Of a stretch of DNA of 64,000 bases, positions 46,096-59,767 are shown piece after piece (the first letter of the stretch is position 1; every line of letters begins with the position of its first letter). Source of the stretch: Mobula hypostoma. Taxonomy: Eukaryota. The notes below the pieces were generated by a model. That model ran no database searches, was not told where the DNA came from, and worked only from the letters and a program-made list of their open reading frames with translations. A program made the translations under genes and the position numbers. The stretch covers positions 135,718,001 through 135,782,000 of the forward strand of contig NC_086103.1 in the NCBI RefSeq assembly GCF_963921235.1, written 5' to 3'.

Positions 46096-47717
46096 CAGGT
46101 TTCTCCCGCCATCCAAAGGTAGAGCGTTCCTATGAAACGGTTCGTAAGCCGGAATGTCATAAAGCGAAGAAGCAATTACCATTTATTTATATGGGAAAAA
46201 TTTGTGAGGGTTCGCAGACCCAAAAATAACCTACCAAATCATGCCAAATAACACATAAAACCTAAAATAACAGTAACGTATAGTAAAAGCCGGAATGATA
46301 TGATAAATACACAGCCTATATAAAGTAGAAATACTTCTCTACAATTATTGCCGCACTGTTCTCCGTAGCGAAAATCTCATGCAAGCGCTCTCAGCAGAAA
46401 CACTCTCTCCAGTAACCTTTAAGCTATGAAGCTGCCAAATCATACCAAATAACGCAGAAAAATACATAGCCAATATAAAGTAGAAATAATGTATGTACAG
46501 TGTAGTATCACTTACCGGAATTGGGAAGACAGCACTGAGCACACTGGTGATGGTGTGTTACGCTGAGTCGTCGGAGGTTTGGGTGGTGCAGTGGTCCCCA
46601 ACCTCCGGGCAGCCGACCGATACCGATCAGTGGAGAATGCAGCGGTAGCCGGGATGCACCCAGCACATCTTTAAGAAAAAAGCCGAAATAAACAAGCTAA
46701 TTAATTAGGTGCCACCCAACATTTACGTGCCGGGCGACACCTAATTAATTAGCTTGTTTATTTTGGCTTTTTTCTTAAAGATGTGCTGGGTGCGTCCCGA
46801 CTACCGCTGCTTTCTCCGCGGCAATGTATCGGTCCGCAGTCTGGGGGTTGGGGTGGTAGGATACTGGGGTGTCATCTCATCATCGTCTGTTTCCATCAGG
46901 GCAGGCAGGTCATCTTTTTCTATGTCTGCCTGCCTCGATGTTGAAGGTCGATGTTTGTTGTCTGCTGTGGCTGATGTGGAAGGCTTGAAAAACAACAGTA
47001 TGCTTGACTGCTTAGCCTTGCGCATTTTTCTATCATACAGTTCTTTGTAAGCACTCAAACCATCCTGCAAATACGCCCTAAACCGACGTACCCTTTCAAA
47101 ATTAAAGTCGTACTTTTCTGCAATCATTGCAGCGAAAATCTCACGCAGTTGCTTCACTTTCAGTTCCTGGACGACTTCACTTTCGGTCCGTTTGCTACTG
47201 CATTGGGTTTCGATTGTTATCCTTTCCTCTTCCAATTGCATCAGCTCTTCATCTATCAGTTCTTGGTCATGGGATGCTAAAACATCTTCAGCATCATTTT
47301 CGTCAATTTCCACAAGCCAAACTCACTTTGTCCTTGCTTCGTTCACCACAATCGAAACGTTTAATTATGTCTAGTTTTACGCTAAGTGTAACATCCTGAT
47401 GAGCTCTTTTAGGCTTTTCCGATACCTTAGAACTCATCTTTCTAACGGTTGCTCACAGGCACGTGTTTAAGCAATGCTGGCGAGAATGCAGTTCTGAATC
47501 CGGGGGAGGAGCTTGGCTGCTTGGGGTGCACTCTGCCCTTTTTTTGCGCGCTGCCTTTTATCGCGCGCTGCTTTTTCCGCGCGCTGCCTTTTTCACACGC
47601 TGCCTTTTTTCGTAACAGTGAAAACACCTTCTGTTAGTGAATACAGGTAACTAATGTAGGTCTTTCGTAACAGTGAGGTTTCGTAAAGCGAACGCTCAAA
47701 AAAGCAGGGGACACCTG
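46096..47717 (-). mobile_element. Second Tigger/pogo family, internally deleted (TIGD1-like C-terminal remnant 46801-47313)
   Basis: TA|CAGGTTTCTCCCGC...GGGGACACCTG|TA ends. Acidic EDVLASHDQELIDEELMQLEE and KQSSILLFF motifs. Confidence 0.78.
46595..46852. repeat. ~260-bp imperfect palindrome (near-perfect core arms 46639-46712 and 46737-46810)
   Basis: gcagcggtagccgggatgcacccagcacatctttaagaaaaaagcc...ctaattaattaggtg is mirrored downstream. Confidence 0.88.
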
Positions 47718-47864
47718 TACTCAATTCTCAGTGCCAAAACATGATTGCCAATTAACAGAATGGTCCTGAATCTTTAAAGGTGTTGCGCTAGCTATCCATA
47801 CTACAGAGGGTTATAGTGTCTAAACCCCGGAAGCTGGTGCAGTTGGTTGTGTGTCGTAACACTA

Positions 47865-48845
47865 CCAAGACGGAATATGAGATGTGCTCCTCCAGCCTGA
47901 GATTGGTCTCATCATGGCAGTAGAGGAGACCATGGACCAATATGTTGGAATGGGAATGGGGATTAGAATTACATTGGTTGGCCACTGGGAAGTTCTGCTT
48001 TCTGCAGATAGAGCAAAGATGCTTGACGAAGCAGTCTTCAAATCTACATCAGGTCCCACCAATGTAGAGGAAGTTGCATCGAGAGCACTGGCTACAGCAG
48101 ACAACCCCAACAGATTCGCAGGTGAAGGTTACCTCACCTGGAGGACATTTGGAGCCCTGATTGGAGATGAGGGAGGAAGTGAATAAGCAGGTTTAGCACT
48201 TCTTTCGCTTGCAGGGCTAAGTGCCAGGAGGAAGATTAGTGGGGAGAGACAAGTGGACAAGGGAATAATGGAGAGAGCAACCTTTGCAGAAAGCGGAACG
48301 TGATGGGGAGGTAAAGATGTGGTTAGTGGTAGGATCCTGTTGAAAATCATGGAAGTTGTGGAGAATGAACCACTGGATGCAGAGGCTCATGGGTTGCTGT
48401 TGAAGATAAGTGGAACTCTATCCCAGTTAAGGTGGAAGGTGGATGGGGTGTGGGCAGATACTCTGGAAATGAAGGAGATGTGAGTGAAGGCAGTGTCAGT
48501 GGTTCCCTGTTCTTTGAAGAAGGATGACATCTCTTGATGTTCTGGAAAGGAAAACTTCAACCTGGGAACAGATGAGGTGGAGACGAAAGACCTGAGAAAA
48601 GGGAAAGGCATTTTTATAGGATACAGGGTAGGAAGCGGTATAGTCAAGATAGTTGTGGGAATCAGTAAGTTTATTAAAGATATCGGTAGATAGTTTGTCA
48701 CCAGAGGTGGAAACAGAGAGGTGAAGAAAGGGGTAAGAGGTGCCAGAAATGGACCAAATGAATTTAAGGGCAGCGTGGAAGTTGGAGGCAAAGTTGAATA
48801 AATTGACAAGCTCAGTGTGAGTGCATGAAGCAGCACCAATGCACT
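47865..48845 (-). mobile_element. Older Penelope-like fragment
   Basis: HSNILVHGLLYCHDETNLRLEE and EMSSFFKEQG. Confidence 0.7.
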
Positions 48846-49193
48846 CATTTTTGTGTCAATTGCAAATTTATGAATCATGTCTCTTACATTTGCATTCAGA
48901 TCATTAATATATAGAAATAGCAAGGATCTCAGTACTGATTCCTGTTGCATACCACTGGTCACCGGCTCCCATTCAAAAAAAACCTTAACTGTCACCCTCT
49001 ACCTTCCAACCCTGGTCTATTTCCAGTTGAATTTTCCAAATTGTGCTAAATTCTATGAGCTGCTTTCTGATCAACAAATTTCTTCCCATAAGCAGCTCTC
49101 TTCTTTAGACACTGATTTAGTAATGCTATTGACCCTTAAAATCTCAAACTACTTTAAAATTCTTTTAATGTCTTTATTTTGTTTTCTTAACAG

Positions 49194-49335
49194 TACAACA
49201 ATTTGGATGCACTTTCTTTGGCTGATGTAGTGGATTTGGTTGAGACTACTCGTGATACTGTAGATGATATATGGAGGCAAACTGAGCATGATTTTTATCC
49301 GGAGTCACGCATGCACCATCTTCTAGATGTCATAG
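49194..49335 (+). CDS. DYNC2H1: DYNC2H1 coding exon 5
   Basis: YNNLDALSLADVVDLVETTRDTVDDIWRQTEHDFYPESRMHHLLDVI-G; cag|TAC...TAG|gtaccg. Confidence 0.93.
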
Positions 49336-50584
49336 GTACCGTGTAGAAAGAGCAGCAGTTTGCTAAAACACACAGTTTATAGAACTGTATCTATGTTTGG
49401 ATGTTAATTTTTATTTGTAATAAGAAATCCTATTCATACTGTATCTACAAGTTAGAAGTTTTGATAAAATTTCCCATTTATATTTAGATAAACAGTAAGA
49501 AATTGCTTGTTCCTAATATCTCCTTCCATCTTAATATTAATGTAGCTTGATGAAATATTGCTATAGTGTGGAATAGTTATGTGCTTTTATATTTCAAAAG
49601 CTTATTACATACTAAAATATGATTGAAAATATCTGTAATGTTGTAATTTTGTTTTAAAAGTAATTTCTAATTTTAGAAGGAGGTGTTTAATGATGAAGTA
49701 AGATTTAAAAATATGTGATTTGAGTCCTGAACAGAATTTTAAATGATGAGCATTCTTACATAACCATGTTATTCTGACACTTGATGTCATTTATTGAAAT
49801 GAAGATTTCTAGCCATTGTTGTGTGTTCCTGAGATCTAGTTGCTGCACAAACTGTCTGCTGAATATAAACTTTCAGTTTCTACAGAAGTTACATTTTATG
49901 CTGCTTGATGCTTAGCTTAGAAAACACATAAGATGTAATACTTCAGAAAACATGTTTAAGAGTGGCCTGGAAAGTTCCTCCGTTTTCCAGTTCCTTTATC
50001 TGTTCCTATTGACACTTCATCCAGGTATGCTTTTCATTATTCTTGAGTTTTACTAATCTCTTTAAGATGACACCACCATTACTTTTGCCATTCCTGCTTT
50101 TCATCCTTTCACTGACATTCTGTTATTCTCTCTCTGCAGCATTTCACCTATACTTTCTCTGCTCTGAAAACCTTAAACTCTTTTCAGTTTCAAATGGAAG
50201 GTCATTGAACTGAAACATTAACATTTCTCTCTTCATTAATGCTGCCTGACCTGCTGAATATTTCCAGCACTTTATGTTTTTATTTCCGATTTCTAACATT
50301 TTGAAGCAGAGAGGCATGGAGTCATACTGCATGGAAACATGTTATTTGACCCACTGAATCTGTGCTGACTATCAAGCAGACATTTACACTAATCCTGTAC
50401 ATCAACTCAGCCCATGATTTTGTCACTTGCGCCCAAGGGGAAATATACAGTGACCAATTAACTTATCAACCCATATGTCTTTGCGATGTGGGAGGAATCC
50501 AGAGCACTTGGTGGATATACATTTTAGCCACAAAGAGCATCAGAGGTCAGAAATGAACCCAGATCTCTTTAGCTATAGGAACCC

Positions 50585-51420
50585 CAGTCTCTCCTCCATT
50601 TCCCACAAATTTGCCCTCCTTAAAAGGGTTAGGGTTCCGCTTGTCTTCATCTACCACCCCATGAACCTCTGTATCCAGCGCATCATTCTCCATAACTTCC
50701 AGCATTTCCAACGGGATCCAACCACTAAACACATCTTTGCCTCTTCCTGCTCCACTTTCTACATGGCTTCCTTATTCACTCGCACCTCCCCACTGATCTT
50801 CCTCTTGGTACATTTCCCTGCAAGTGTAGCAAATGCTACACCTCCTCCCCCACCAATTTTGAGGGCCCCAAACACTCCTTCCAGGTGAGACTGTCAGAGT
50901 TATCTTTTGTATACAGTGCTCCCAACACAACTTCCTCTACATGGGTGAGACCCGATGCAGACTGTTGAACCTCTTTGTTGATCTTCTTTGCTCTGTCTGC
51001 CGCAGAAGGCGGGATCTCCCAATGGCTATCCACTTCGATTTGACTTCCTGTTCTCATTTTTATATGTCTGTCCATGCCTCCTCTACTGCCAAGATGAGTT
51101 TAAGCTCGGGTTGTAAGAGCAAAATCTCATATTCATCTTTGTAGCTTCCAACCTAATAGAATGAACATTGATTTCTCTAACTTCTGGTAATTTCCCTCCC
51201 CTTTCTGGTTATCCTCTCCCCGCTTCTCTTCTCATCACCTGCTCATCCCCCCCCCTTCCTTCCTTTCCTTTCTTCCATGGTCCACTGTCCTCTTCTATTA
51301 GATTCTTTCTTCTTCAGCCCCTTACCTCTTCCACCTATCCTCTCCTAATTCTTAATTCATCCCTCTACCCCACCCGTCCACCTTCTGCTTTACCTTTTAT
51401 CACCTATCAATCTTTTCCCC
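50585..51420 (+). mobile_element. Older Penelope-like fragment
   Basis: RVPLVFIYHP...ILHNFQHFQRDPTTKHIF and MGETRCRL. Confidence 0.7.
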
Positions 51421-51554
51421 TTGCTCGAGGTTCATTGGCATGTGGCTTGGCAGAGAATATGCAGGCAGTGATGTTTCCATGCATCCTCTGCACCTGTTGG
51501 TGGCAGTTGTTGTGAGTATGGGATAATAATATTACATTATTTTCTTTTCTTTAG

Positions 51555-51787
51555 GAAATGCTTTGGGTAGATTTGTACAAAAAACTCTAATGCAGTTAAA
51601 CTTATGGAGCGATGCTTTCCACATTGTGAAAGAAAACCTCAACTCTGGCATTATCATCTGTGAGCAGTGGGTGTCAGCATGTGATCACCTGACTGGACAG
51701 TTTTGGCGACGATATACGCCTCATCTATGGAAAAGTGAGAAATATTATCCAGAATTGTTGGGTAAACTTGCCAAAAGACTTGAAGAG
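51555..51787 (+). CDS. DYNC2H1: DYNC2H1 coding exon 6
   Basis: (G)NALGRFVQK...CEQWVSACDHLTGQFW...KRLEE; tag|GA...GAG|gtatag. Confidence 0.96.
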
Positions 51788-52499
51788 GTATAGTAATAAA
51801 TCTCTCTTTGTTGTTTTTGAAAATGGTATTACTTTGCTATTACTCTTGCACATTATTATGATTAGAGTGAACCACTATACGTAATGTTTAAATTAGCAAT
51901 CACGATGTAACACTGCAAATGTAGACGTAGAACTTGGTTTACCATGTTTTAAATCTGTTAAAAAATACTTTGCATTATTCTTGCATTTTTTGTGAAAATC
52001 TCATAAAAGATCAAAATGTTCATTGCAGGGTTTGCAGAAAACTACTGTCCAATTATGTAAGGCAATGAATTTTCAGCACAGCATGTTCTGTTGCTACAAT
52101 AGGAGTTCACATGCTGCCTGCGTTTTGTGTACTAGGAGTGATGTCTGCAGCCAGCTTTTAAAGGGACATAGAATAATTTAGGCAGCAGTGTTCTAGCCAC
52201 AAAGGAATATTCCTGTTTAATCTTTTGATGCTGTTCTATACGAGGGTATGAGGAATGCATAGACAACCTGAAGAGAGAGTATCTACAGGAGATTTGTTCA
52301 GGATTACTGCTTGATACTCCTGGTGGGGGGGTTATCAGATTGGGGTATTACACTGCAGAAGATAACAAATCTTAGTGAGGATAAAGTATGTGAGTGTTTA
52401 TCCTATAAATAGCATGGGTTTTCAGGGAACAAGGCAAGTCATATTTGGTTGTTCTATGAGTAAGTAACGGCTGTCAGTTCTGTTGAAGTCCTTTGGGGG

Positions 52500-54130
52500 T
52501 TAAGTTGGTCTCTACATGGTGCATGCACCTTCACCCTCTGACCTATCACTCTAGTTTCCATTCCCCTTCCAAACTAGTTTAAACCCACATCAATGGCTCA
52601 AGCAAGCCTGCCCACCAGGATATTAGTCCTGCTTGAGTTCAGGTGTAACTAGTCCTTTTTGTACAGGTTAAACCTTCACCAGATCCACAAATCTTAAATC
52701 CTGCTCCCTACATCAATTCTTCAGCCACACATTCATTTGCCAAAACATCCTATTTTTACCCTCACTGGTATGTGACACAGGCAGCAATCCAGGGATTACC
52801 ACCCTTGAGGTCCTGCTTTTCAGCTTGCTTCCTTGCTTCCTATATTCTCTCTTCAGTTCATTATCCCTTTTCCTGCTTATGTCATTGGTGCCAATATGTA
52901 CCATGACTTCTGGCTGCTCCCTCCCCCTCCCCTTTCAGAACACAGTGGACCCAATATGAGTCATTCTTGACCCTGGCACCTGGGAGGCAACCTATCTGGG
53001 AATCTCCTTCACTTCCACAAAATCTTTTGTGTATTCTCCTAACTGCTGAATTCCTTATCACTACCACTCTCCTCTTCATCTCCTTTCCTTCCAGACTCAG
53101 TGGCAGAGAACTGGTCACTGTGGCTTTTCCCTGGTAGGTTCATCCCTCCCCCAACAGTATCCAAAGCAGTATACTTGCTATTGAGGGGAACGGCGACAGG
53201 TGTATTCTGCACTTTCTGCCTATTCTCTTTCCCTCTCCTGATAGTCACCCACTACCTGCGTTCTGCAACTGAGATATGATTATCTCTCTGTAGCTCTTAT
53301 CTGTCACCTCCTCGTTTTCCTGAATGAGCTGAAGTTCATCCATCTCCAGCTCCAGTTCTTTAGCATGGTCTGTAAGGTGCTGCAGCTGGATACATTTCAC
53401 GCAGATCTAGTTATCAAGGAGACTGGAGGTCTACCAGATCTCCCACATTGGACATGAAGAGCATACCACTGACCTGGGATCCATTCTCGCTATTCTAGCT
53501 AGGCACTAATAGCCAAAGAAAGAGAAACTTGACAGAAACCTCAACCTAGCCTCTGCCTCTCCTAGCCGAAGCCTTTTGAGCCAATGCCTCAGTTCCCGGC
53601 TCTTAACTCTATCCCACTCCAACAATGGTCACTTCACTTATATCTAACTTTTTATTATAGGCCCTTGTCAAGTGCCTACTAACCCAAAGAATTTCAATCT
53701 CTGCAGAAAGTCCCAACAGGCCTTGCTCGTATTTTAAATTTAGTGCTTGAACTCCACAAGCAACTGTCTTCAATCTCCACAGAAAGTTCCGACAGGTCCA
53801 ACTCTTTTCCATCTCCCGTAATTTTTGATAATCTTCACAGTCCACTATACCACCTATTTTAGAGTTACCTGCAAACTTACGAACCAACATGCCTTGCACA
53901 TTTTTATCCATATTGTTAAACAGATGACATGCAGTCGTGTAACCAGAACCAACCACTGAGGCACACAACTTGTGAAACAGTTTCCACCTTCACCCTTTGC
54001 TTCATTTCATCAAGGCAATCATATATCCATTTAGCCAGTTCTCTCCGGATTACAAATAATCTCACTCTCCAGAGCCTACAATTTGGATTATCAAAGGCTT
54101 TACTGAACTCCATTAGGCTTTACTGAAATC
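52500..54130 (-). mobile_element. CR1 LINE fragments incl. ORF1 SGNH-esterase region
   Basis: VHIGTNDI, CLPGARV and VVIPGLLPV; RT remnants MEFSKAFD and KFAGNSKIGG. Confidence 0.7.
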
Positions 54131-54609
54131 ATGTGAAGTTGTGGAAAAAGTTATTTTCACACAAAGTCCATTTGGATAGCACACCATCCGCTAACCTATA
54201 ACATGAAAAGTCAATCATATTCTGTTTGGACTATTGCAGAAAACTTGGATCATGTAGATGTGAGAATCACTGTTGGTTATTTCTGGTGCAACTAGGTTGG
54301 TGAATGCAGAATTGGACTGGTATTCACTGAATTAAATCGCATACTCTCTGCTTTATATTGTACTCTTTGGGTCCTCAATCCACAGAACTGATCATGCCCT
54401 GCAATGGCTCCCTCTAATTTCCCCTGCCCAGTGTTTACACCCCTGCAACTCACTGGTCACCCAAGGTTCTGATCTCCACCGCACCTTTGAGCTCTGACCC
54501 TGTGAGCACAAATCTGTCCTCCACTGAGCCCTCTTGACCTTAGCACCAATAGCTTACTGAACAATTCAGTCCTAACCCCGAATGGTTTCCAGCAACTGGT
54601 ATTTTTGCT

Positions 54610-55325
54610 CTCCAGTCCAACAACAACCTTGCACTCAATGTTAGTAAGACCAGGGAATTGATTGTGGACTGCAGAAAAGGGAAGTCGAGGGAACACACAC
54701 CAGTCCTCATTGAGGGGTTGGCAGTAGAAACAGTGAGAAATTTCAAATTCTCAGAAGATCTATCCTGGGCCCAACATATTGATGCTATTTTGAAGAAAGC
54801 ACACTATTGTCTATATTTCATTAGGAATTGGAGAAGATTTGGTATGTCAGCAAAGACTAGCAAATTTCTCCAGATATACTGTGGAAAGCATTCTAACTGG
54901 TGGTATCACCACTGTCTGGTATCAAGGATTGCTCCATCATGGGTATTAGCCTCCTCACCATCAAGGGTATCTTCAAAAGGTGATACCTAAAAAAAAAGGT
55001 GGCACCCATCGTTAAGGGCTCCCATCACCCAGGACATGACCTCTTCTCATTACTACCATCAGAGGGGATACAGGAGTCAGAAGACATACATCCAATATTT
55101 TAGGAACAGCTCATTCCCCTCTGCTGTCATATCTTTGAACAAATAATAAACCCATGAACACTACCTCACCATTTTTGCTCTCTTTTGCATGACTTATAAA
55201 TTACAATATTATATATATATGTATTTATATTTCATATTGTAATTTATGGTATATTTTATGTATTACACTGTACTGCCTCCTCAAAATAAATTTTGTGACC
55301 TATGTAAATGATTATAAACTTGATC
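54610..55325 (+). mobile_element. Rex/Babar-like LINE 3' fragment
   Basis: ELIVDCRKGK...VETVRNFKF..DLSWAQH. Confidence 0.7.
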
Positions 55326-55599
55326 CTTTAGATCTTAGACCCAGCGGCATTTATGGTAATGCACTACAGTTTCTAAATCAATTTACTTCTTTGGAGGAGA
55401 AGTTGAAAAGGTCTGTTCCTTAGTAGAGATTTCAGTTTATATTTTCATAATGGTCATTTTGGTTTGGAATGGCTTTAAAAAAGGGGTAGCTTGTTTAGAA
55501 AATGGAGAGACATATGTTGATTACTTTATTGTAAAAGAAGCATCCACCAGTTGGGTTTGCTAGTCCAAGAGCAAAATGTCATCCTGGGGTTGCTTTTAG

Positions 55600-56385
55600 T
55601 ATCAGAATCAGGTTTATTATCACTGACTTATGTTATGTAGATTGTTGTTTTGTGGCAGCAGTACAGTGCAATGCATAAAAATTACTATATATTACAAGAA
55701 GAATATATAAAAAATAAATAGTGCAAAAAGAGAGCAAAATTGTGAAGTAGTGTTCATAGTTTATTTAAACATCTGATGGCCGAGGAGGAGAAGATGATCC
55801 TATAACTTTGAGTGTTCTCGTCAGGCTCCCGTACCTCATTGATAATGGTAATGAGAAGAGGGCATGTTGTGAAAAGTAAAAGTCATTCATGATGGATGCT
55901 GTCATCTTGAATCATCACCTTTTGAATATGTCCTTGATGTTGTGGTAGCTAGTGCCCATGGTGGAGTTGGCTGAGTATTCAACATTCTGCAGCTTTTTCT
56001 GATCTGTGCATTGGTGCCTCAACACCGATGGCAAGGCAACCAGTCAGAATGCTCTCCATGTACATATGAAGAAATTTGTCAGAGTCTTTGGTGACATACC
56101 AAATCTCCTCAAGCTCCTAGTGAAGTATAAACCACTAACATCCTTTCTTTGTAATTGCATCAATATTTGGGCCCAGGATAGGTCTTCAGAGATGTTGACA
56201 CCCAGGAACTTGAAGCTGCTTACCTTTCCACTGCTGACCCATCAACAAAAATTGCTGTGTGGTCTCGCGATTTTTCCCCTTCCTGAAGTCCAAGCTTGAC
56301 CTTACTGACAATGAGTGCAAAGTTGTTGTTGCAACCCCCCTTAACCAGATGATCTATCTCACTCCTGCATTCCTCATCACTGTCT
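55600..56385 (-). mobile_element. Rex/Babar-like LINE 3' fragment
   Basis: 'atcagaatcaggtttatt' tail on +, with RT C-terminal remnants. Confidence 0.65.
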
Positions 56386-56964
56386 GAGCACAGTAAATGT
56401 GTTAAGGAAAGTTTGCAATAAGGATTCAATATTGAATGCCACCGTTTAATTGTTTCTTGTTATAGTCTTATGTAAATTTATCCTAAATGTTCAATGAATT
56501 AAGAAAAATAAATGCAATTTACCCAGTCAATGGGTCTAATTTATTTACATATTTCATTGACCTTTTACCTACTTTTCCTTCATCAACCATTTTATTTTGG
56601 CTGAACTCCTGTTGTTTATTATTGTAGTACAGTTCTTATTTTTAGATTTAGTAGCTGAAATTTTTACCCTCTAAGAAGTTGTAATTGAGGTAAAGAATAT
56701 TTTATCATTCAGTGTTAAAATGAATGAAGTGAAAGCATAGAGGAATAAAAGTTCAGGATGGCAAAATACCCACTGGAATTATTTTGCCACATTGAGGAAA
56801 CTTGCAACAAATGGGGTGTGGTTGCTATTATAACTTGTAGTTTTAAGTATTCTGGACTAGATTCAAACTAATACTATACTCAAACAAAGCTTATAAAAAT
56901 CTAATTGGAAAACCAAAAGAAAACTAATTTTACTATAAACATGTTATTTTGTTTTTTTATGTAG

Positions 56965-57099
56965 ATACAAACTAATCGAAATGTCCATGAGAAGATTATG
57001 CGGCTGTTACCAGCTGGAGAGCAGCAATTGCTTCACAATGCCCAAGTATTTGAGCCTTTTGTTGGACTGAATCCAGTTCAGTATAATCCTTACACTGAG
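56965..57099 (+). CDS. DYNC2H1: DYNC2H1 coding exon 7
   Basis: IQTNRNVHEK...FEPFVGLNPVQYNPYTE; tag|ATA...GAG|gtttgt. Confidence 0.95.
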
Positions 57100-57183
57100 G
57101 TTTGTTATAATTCATCTCTTAATTTATACATGCTAAGTATTATTTTCATTATCCATATAATTTATAGTTATTCAATTTTGCAG

Positions 57184-57297
57184 CCACTTTGGAAAGCTGC
57201 TGTAACACAGTTTGAACGCTTACTTGCTCCATCAGAACAGAAGGTTGCAAACAAATTGAAAGTCTATATTGTGGAAGTTAAAGACAATCCCCAACAG
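57184..57297 (+). CDS. DYNC2H1: DYNC2H1 coding exon 8
   Basis: PLWKAAVTQFERLLAPSEQKVANKLK...DNPQQ; cag|CCA...CAG|gtaaaa. Confidence 0.95.
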
Positions 57298-58072
57298 GTA
57301 AAATAGTGAAACATTTACTAATTAATTCAAATTAATGTGAAACAGAAAGTGGTTAAAAAACAATTTGTTTTCTAATAATTTGCAACATCAAAGGACCACT
57401 AGTCCTGATTGTTTTTCTTTAATCTCTTACTTTTATTTACCTATCTAGCCTAATGTTAGCAAGAGAGTCTAACTTAACCTCTTATCCCTTTTTCACAACT
57501 TTCAATGTAAAGAAGTTTCTCTTATTCTGCCCTTTCTGTATCAACTATATTCTTCTGTTTCAGTTAGCATCTGACTTCTTTTGCCTCTTACCTTCGTGGA
57601 TTTATAGTTACCATACCAAGACTAATTGATTAATTTTATTCTTCAAGAGTGTTTTTCACTTTAAGAGGTGGAAATTTGCCACACATCTGGCAAGTTTTAA
57701 CATGTTTGGCTCTTCCACTCATGCATGCAAACTTGTCAACACCATTCCGGGGAAATACAAGTGGAACTATTGACATTTTTTCACAAAATAAGTTTCATTT
57801 CACACTCAAATTTCTAATCTAAAAGATGATTTTATCCTGTTTCTTTTCCAAAATTTAGAGATTTATAAGCTACTCTCATTAAGCAATAAATATTCTTGAA
57901 ACAATCTTGTGAACTCCCAGCACCTTCCTTGTCAATCAAATCTCACAATCATGCACTTTTAACTAACCTATCATTCTGCCTTCTTTCTTCTTTCTCTTGC
58001 ACATAAGAGGCTTTCTGCAGTGAGCATTTTTAACAGTGGACTGATGTATCATGTAGCTTATTTTCCATCAAG

Positions 58073-58184
58073 CTTCTGCAGGCATTTCAGAAATACCAAG
58101 AATTAGTCAAAAGGCCAAGTATCAGCGAGGAGCTACTTTCAGAGCGTGAAATGTTGTTGGCAAAACTTACAGAGTACATTAAAG
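58073..58184 (+). CDS. DYNC2H1: DYNC2H1 coding exon 9
   Basis: LLQAFQKYQELVKRPSISEELLSEREMLLAKLTEYIK-G; aag|CTT...AAG|gtaagg. Confidence 0.94.
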
Positions 58185-58278
58185 GTAAGGGAAGCACAAA
58201 CATTTCTGAAATACAAACACATTAAATAGTAATTGAATAGGAAATTGGTGTCTTCATTGATGTTACATTTTGCATTAG

Positions 58279-58403
58279 GCATCCACACTGATTTTGAGAG
58301 TCGGCGATGTGGTATTCCTGGAGAACCTTCAGGCCCTCTTTCAGGCAAAAATCTCCCTGAGGTTGTCAATAATATTGTTTGGGTTAGACAGCTAGAACTA
58401 AAG
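58279..58403 (+). CDS. DYNC2H1: DYNC2H1 coding exon 10
   Basis: IHTDFESRRCGIPGEPSGPLSGKNLPEVVNNIVWVRQLELK; tag|GC...AAG|gtaagc. Confidence 0.96.
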
Positions 58404-58526
58404 GTAAGCATTTAGTCATAGAGTGTTTACATTTTGCTTTACAAAATGTTAGATTAGATTACTTTAAGTGGGGAAAGAGGTAAGGCAAACTATATTGCAA
58501 ACATTAAACATGTTCTTTTATTTTAG

Positions 58527-58702
58527 GCTGCAGATACTGTAAAGGTTGCTGAAACTTTGCTGCATGACTTGTCAGGATTTCAATCATTTTGGCGAAATTG
58601 TAATGAACTTTTGGACCAGTTAAGGACCTATGAACAAGAACAGTTTGATGACTGGTCAAGGGAAATACAATCATCCATATCAGATCCCACATCTGGTGTC
58701 AG
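58527..58702 (+). CDS. DYNC2H1: DYNC2H1 coding exon 11
   Basis: AADTVKVAETLL...LLDQLRTYEQEQFDDWSREIQS...; tag|GCT...CAG|gtatta. Confidence 0.95.
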
Positions 58703-59767
58703 GTATTACTGTGTTGCATGCAAACAAAGTAAGATAGCACTGAATAGAGTAATAAAATAATGCCTTTTTTCTCCTTGCTGACAGTGACAAGCTATTCCAA
58801 AGTCAAAGTTTGTTTTTGCAAGTTGTTTGGCTTCCAGTTTTATTGTGTGGACAGAGGATTGTTCTTCTGATAAGAAACTTAAAAAAAATCACGTAAAAGC
58901 ACTTAACATAGTCAGGTTATGTGAGTGGTTTGCATCCCTGTAGTTATTTTCCATGTTTTTCCGACCATGATTAGCAGTTCCAGAGGATATGGAATATGTT
59001 AATATAACTTCCTGCTGAGTTTAAGCTCTCAATGGTGTAAAGGCAGCAGCAATTAGAAGAATTATAAAGGTTGATTCAATTTTTCATTGGGAAGAGATTA
59101 ATTTCACTGATTATAAATTTACCATTATTAGTCAATGCTTGCGTGTTTTAGAGTCATAGAGTCACTGTGTCAAAAAGCACAGAAATAGAAATATAAACAG
59201 AAAATGCTTGAAAATCTCAGCAGGTATAGCAGCATCTGTGAAAAGAGAAACAGTTAATGTCATAGGCCTGAGATTCTTCATTAGAACTAAGATATGACAG
59301 TAATAGACACTCAGGTGATGTCTTCCAGATCCAACTGCCCTCCAGTTGGAAAAAAAAATTCTTCCTCACATCTTGTCGTAATCTCTTAACCATTCTGTAA
59401 ACCTATGCTGTCTAATTTTAGGCACCTCTGTTTTGTGGAAAAGTTACCTGTTATCTATCCTAACTACACTCCTGATAATTTTGTATACCTTCATCATGCC
59501 ACTACTTCAGCTTCCTCTGCTCCAAGAGAATTTGTATAAAGTTAGTTATAAGTCTACAAGTTTTCTTTTCTGCATTAGTCGTATATGGCTTTAAAAATAC
59601 CAGTTTTCAACTTCTATAATTTATACAAATAGTAAGAATTTAGCTCCAGTTTATGAAATATTTCATTAGGGATTTTTTGTTGCTGTATAAAGGTGTATAT
59701 AAATGTGTACATATATACACATATATACAACATGTAACCATTGCCATTTTTATGTCATTTGTAATAG

